Below the pieces are notes generated by a model. It saw only the letters and a list, made by a program, of their open reading frames with translations. It made no database searches and was not told the DNA's origin. This document shows, piece after piece, positions 62,195 through 64,000 of a stretch of 64,000 nt of DNA. The DNA lies in NCBI GenBank assembly GCA_026392515.1, contig JAPLBY010000034.1, positions 300 to 64,299 of the forward strand, written 5' to 3'. The first letter of the stretch is position 1, and every line of letters begins with the position of its first letter. A program made the translations under genes and the position numbers. The DNA is from Actinomycetota bacterium (GTDB lineage Bacteria; Actinomycetota; Actinomycetes; S36-B12; UBA5976).

Positions 62195-64000
62195 GTGTCC
62201 GGACCAACAAATAGTCCATTTGGTGCAAACGATTGGCTCGTTGATGAGTTGTATCAACAGTTCCTTGAGGACAAGCAATCCGTAGACCCAGCCTGGTGGG
62301 ATTTTTTCGCCGACTACTCCCCGAGTGAATACTCGCCACATGCAACGGCGACCAAGTCTGCTGTTACCGCGAAGCCGGCACCTGCAGCGCAACCCGTAGT
62401 TACGCCAACAGTTACTGCGCCAGCATCTGCAACCCCTACCGCTACTCCCACTGAACCGAGTGCAAAACCAGCACCAGCTTCACTGGCTGACGATGTCATT
62501 GAAAAACTTAAAGGGACTTCGGCCCGTGTTGTAACAAACATGGAAGCCAGTCTTGAAATTCCAACCGCAACGTCAGTTCGCGCGGTACCAGCAAAACTTA
62601 TGGTTGACAATCGCATTGTCATTAACAACCACTTAGCCCGCGGCCGTGGTGGCAAAGTTAGCTTCACTCACATAATTGGATTTGCAATCGTTCGTGCTTT
62701 GCGCGAAATGCCCGACATGAATGTTTCGTACACAACTATTGATGGCAAGCCAGCAATTGCACGACACCAACAAGTTGGCCTTGGCCTTGCTATTGACCTG
62801 GCAAAGGAAGATGGCTCACGCCAACTACTTGTTCCTTGCATTAAGTCCGCCGACACCATGGACTTTGCTGCTTTTTGGGCTGGGTACGAAGATGTAATTC
62901 GCAAGGCGCGTGCTGGAAAACTTGCTGTCGAAGACTTCCAAGGAACTACCGCTAGCCTGACAAACCCAGGAACTATTGGCACGGTTCACTCCGTTCCAAG
63001 ATTGATGCCAGGACAAGGTGTAATCATTGGCGTGGGTGCCATGGATTACCCAGCTGAATGGCAAGGCGCTTCCGATGATGCTTTAGCTAGAAATGCTGTT
63101 AGCAAAATCATGACATTCACCAGCACTTATGATCACCGAGTAATTCAAGGTGCGCAATCAGGTGATTTCTTACGTCGGGTTCATCAACTGCTTCTTGGCG
63201 CTGATGGTTTCTACGATGACATCTTCCGCGCGCTCCAAATTCCTTATGAGCCAATTCGCTGGGCACAAGATCTTGCAACATCTCATGATGCAGATCTAGA
63301 TAAAACTGCTCGAGTTCAAGAGATGATCCATGCTTTCCGAGTTCGTGGACATCTATTGGCTGACATCGATCCCCTTGAATACCATCAGCGATCCCACCCT
63401 GACCTGGACATTGCAAATCATGGAATGACACTTTGGGATCTAGATCGCGAATTTGCCACAGGTGGATTTGGTGGCCGACCTTTTGCTATGTTGCGCGATA
63501 TCTTGGGAACTCTGCGTGATGCTTACTGCCGCACCATCGGCATCGAATACATGCATTTGCAGGATCCTGAGCAACGTAAATGGATTCAGGATCGCCTAGA
63601 ACGCAAGCAAGACAAGGTCGATCGCGATGAACAACTTCGAATTCTGCGCAAACTAAATGAAGCGGAAGCCTTTGAAAGTTTCTTGCAGACAAAGTACGTA
63701 GGACAAAAGCGCTTCAGCCTTGAAGGTGGCGAAAGTGCGATTCCGTTTGTTGATCAGATTTTGATCGAAGCAGCTAAAGATGAGCTTGATGAAGTTTGCA
63801 TTGGTATGCCGCACCGTGGTCGCTTGAACGTTCTGGCCAACATTGCTGGCAAGGGTTACGGCCGAATCTTCAATGAATTCGAAGGTAACTACGGCGAAGA
63901 GTCAGTGCAAGGATCTGGTGACGTTAAGTATCACCTTGGAACCAAGAGCACTTACAAGGCTGCCGGTGGTGAAGAAGTCAAGGTTTATCTAGCTGCAAAC
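62195..64000 (+). CDS. kgd: multifunctional 2-oxoglutarate dehydrogenase/decarboxylase, actinobacterial Kgd/OdhA type (N-terminal 602 codons; runs off window end)
   Basis: Absent from the ORF track (open at the edge). GTG at 62195 after AAGGAAGG. Translation gives [37 protein letters not shown], an Ala/Pro/Thr linker, an E2-like acyltransferase domain ([23 protein letters not shown]), then E1o motifs ([26 protein letters not shown]). Confidence 0.93.
   Translation, partial: MSGPTNSPFGANDWLVDELYQQFLEDKQSVDPAWWDFFADYSPSEYSPHATATKSAVTAKPAPAAQPVVTPTVTAPASATPTATPTEPSAKPAPASLADDVIEKLKGTSARVVTNMEASLEIPTATSVRAVPAKLMVDNRIVINNHLARGRGGKVSFTHIIGFAIVRALREMPDMNVSYTTIDGKPAIARHQQVGLGLAIDLAKEDGSRQLLVPCIKSADTMDFAAFWAGYEDVIRKARAGKLAVEDFQGTTASLTNPGTIGTVHSVPRLMPGQGVIIGVGAMDYPAEWQGASDDALARNAVSKIMTFTSTYDHRVIQGAQSGDFLRRVHQLLLGADGFYDDIFRALQIPYEPIRWAQDLATSHDADLDKTARVQEMIHAFRVRGHLLADIDPLEYHQRSHPDLDIANHGMTLWDLDREFATGGFGGRPFAMLRDILGTLRDAYCRTIGIEYMHLQDPEQRKWIQDRLERKQDKVDRDEQLRILRKLNEAEAFESFLQTKYVGQKRFSLEGGESAIPFVDQILIEAAKDELDEVCIGMPHRGRLNVLANIAGKGYGRIFNEFEGNYGEESVQGSGDVKYHLGTKSTYKAAGGEEVKVYLAAN

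Noticed and set aside
62096-63692. Series of minus-strand ORFs (62096-62392, 62314-62667, 62668-62982, 62825-63064, 63117-63431, 63486-63692).
   Set aside because: All are antisense to the unlisted plus-strand kgd reading frame, which is open from GTG 62195 to the window end and carries E2 and E1o motifs.
1-64000. Search for mobile elements, CRISPR arrays, rRNA genes, toxin-antitoxin pairs or defence systems.
   Set aside because: None found. There are no transposase, integrase or Cas-like translations in the ORF track, no regularly spaced direct repeats in the intergenic regions I read, and no unexplained non-coding stretch longer than about 370 bp.

Overview
Chromosomal window from an actinobacterium (Actinomycetota) with moderate GC by eye, clearly lower than in Mycobacterium or Streptomyces. 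It is densely coded, with about 60 genes, and I saw no IS element, integrase, CRISPR array or rRNA. The lineage call rests on four things: the conserved block argS-lysA-hom-thrC-thrB-rho (same order as M. tuberculosis Rv1292-Rv1297), a Rho with an R/D/N/G-rich N-terminal insertion, a fused E2-like/E1 Kgd-type 2-oxoglutarate dehydrogenase at the right edge, and an RMM-type microcompartment locus. Layout: (i) 1-9694, minus strand: partial M14 peptidase, then a tightly coupled roughly 9 kb operon with a Liv-type ABC importer, a class II amidotransferase, a GS-like ligase, an amidohydrolase and an aminotransferase, probably a gamma-glutamylation amine pathway. (ii) 9794-19946: a papain-fold hypothetical protein plus the rho/thr/lys/arg core block. 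(iii) 20004-31737: a complete bacterial microcompartment (BMC) locus of the RMM aminoacetone/1-amino-2-propanol type. It has 2 BMC-T, 1 BMC-H, 1 BMC-P, an acylating aldehyde dehydrogenase with a C-terminal encapsulation-peptide-like helix, a class-III aminotransferase-fold (phospho-lyase candidate), an APH-fold kinase, an SDR, an orphan 162-aa protein with an N-terminal encapsulation-peptide-like helix, two GntR regulators, a family III CoA-transferase and a divergent APC permease. (iv) 31811-37569, directly adjacent: formamidase-like, GlcG/DUF336, a B12-dependent diol dehydratase with fused large and medium subunits, its small subunit, and a reactivase large subunit with no small subunit. (v) 37654-49298: Amidohydro_3 hydrolase, a two-gene urease (gamma-beta fusion plus alpha) with no ureDEFG in the window, a C45 Ntn hydrolase, an FAD oxidoreductase, PotABCD, and a second potD copy carrying an in-frame TAA. 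(vi) 49349-58383: a LysR regulator divergent from a flavoprotein-RidA-DUF1028-M20-ALDH-aminotransferase-APC permease cluster. (vii) 58554-64000: VanY-like peptidase, class A beta-lactamase-like protein, tRNA-Arg(CCG), a TPP riboswitch with a PnuC-family transporter and a mini P-loop protein, an SDR, and kgd (partial). The most interesting signal is the physical fusion of an RMM-type metabolosome locus with a B12 diol dehydratase module. These are two independent routes to propionaldehyde sitting next to one shell and one aldehyde dehydrogenase. The locus also contains an uncharacterised, apparently encapsulated protein and has no recognisable CoA-recycling enzyme other than an adjacent CoA-transferase. 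All calls rest on reading the ORF translations and the DNA by eye; no database search or statistic was run.
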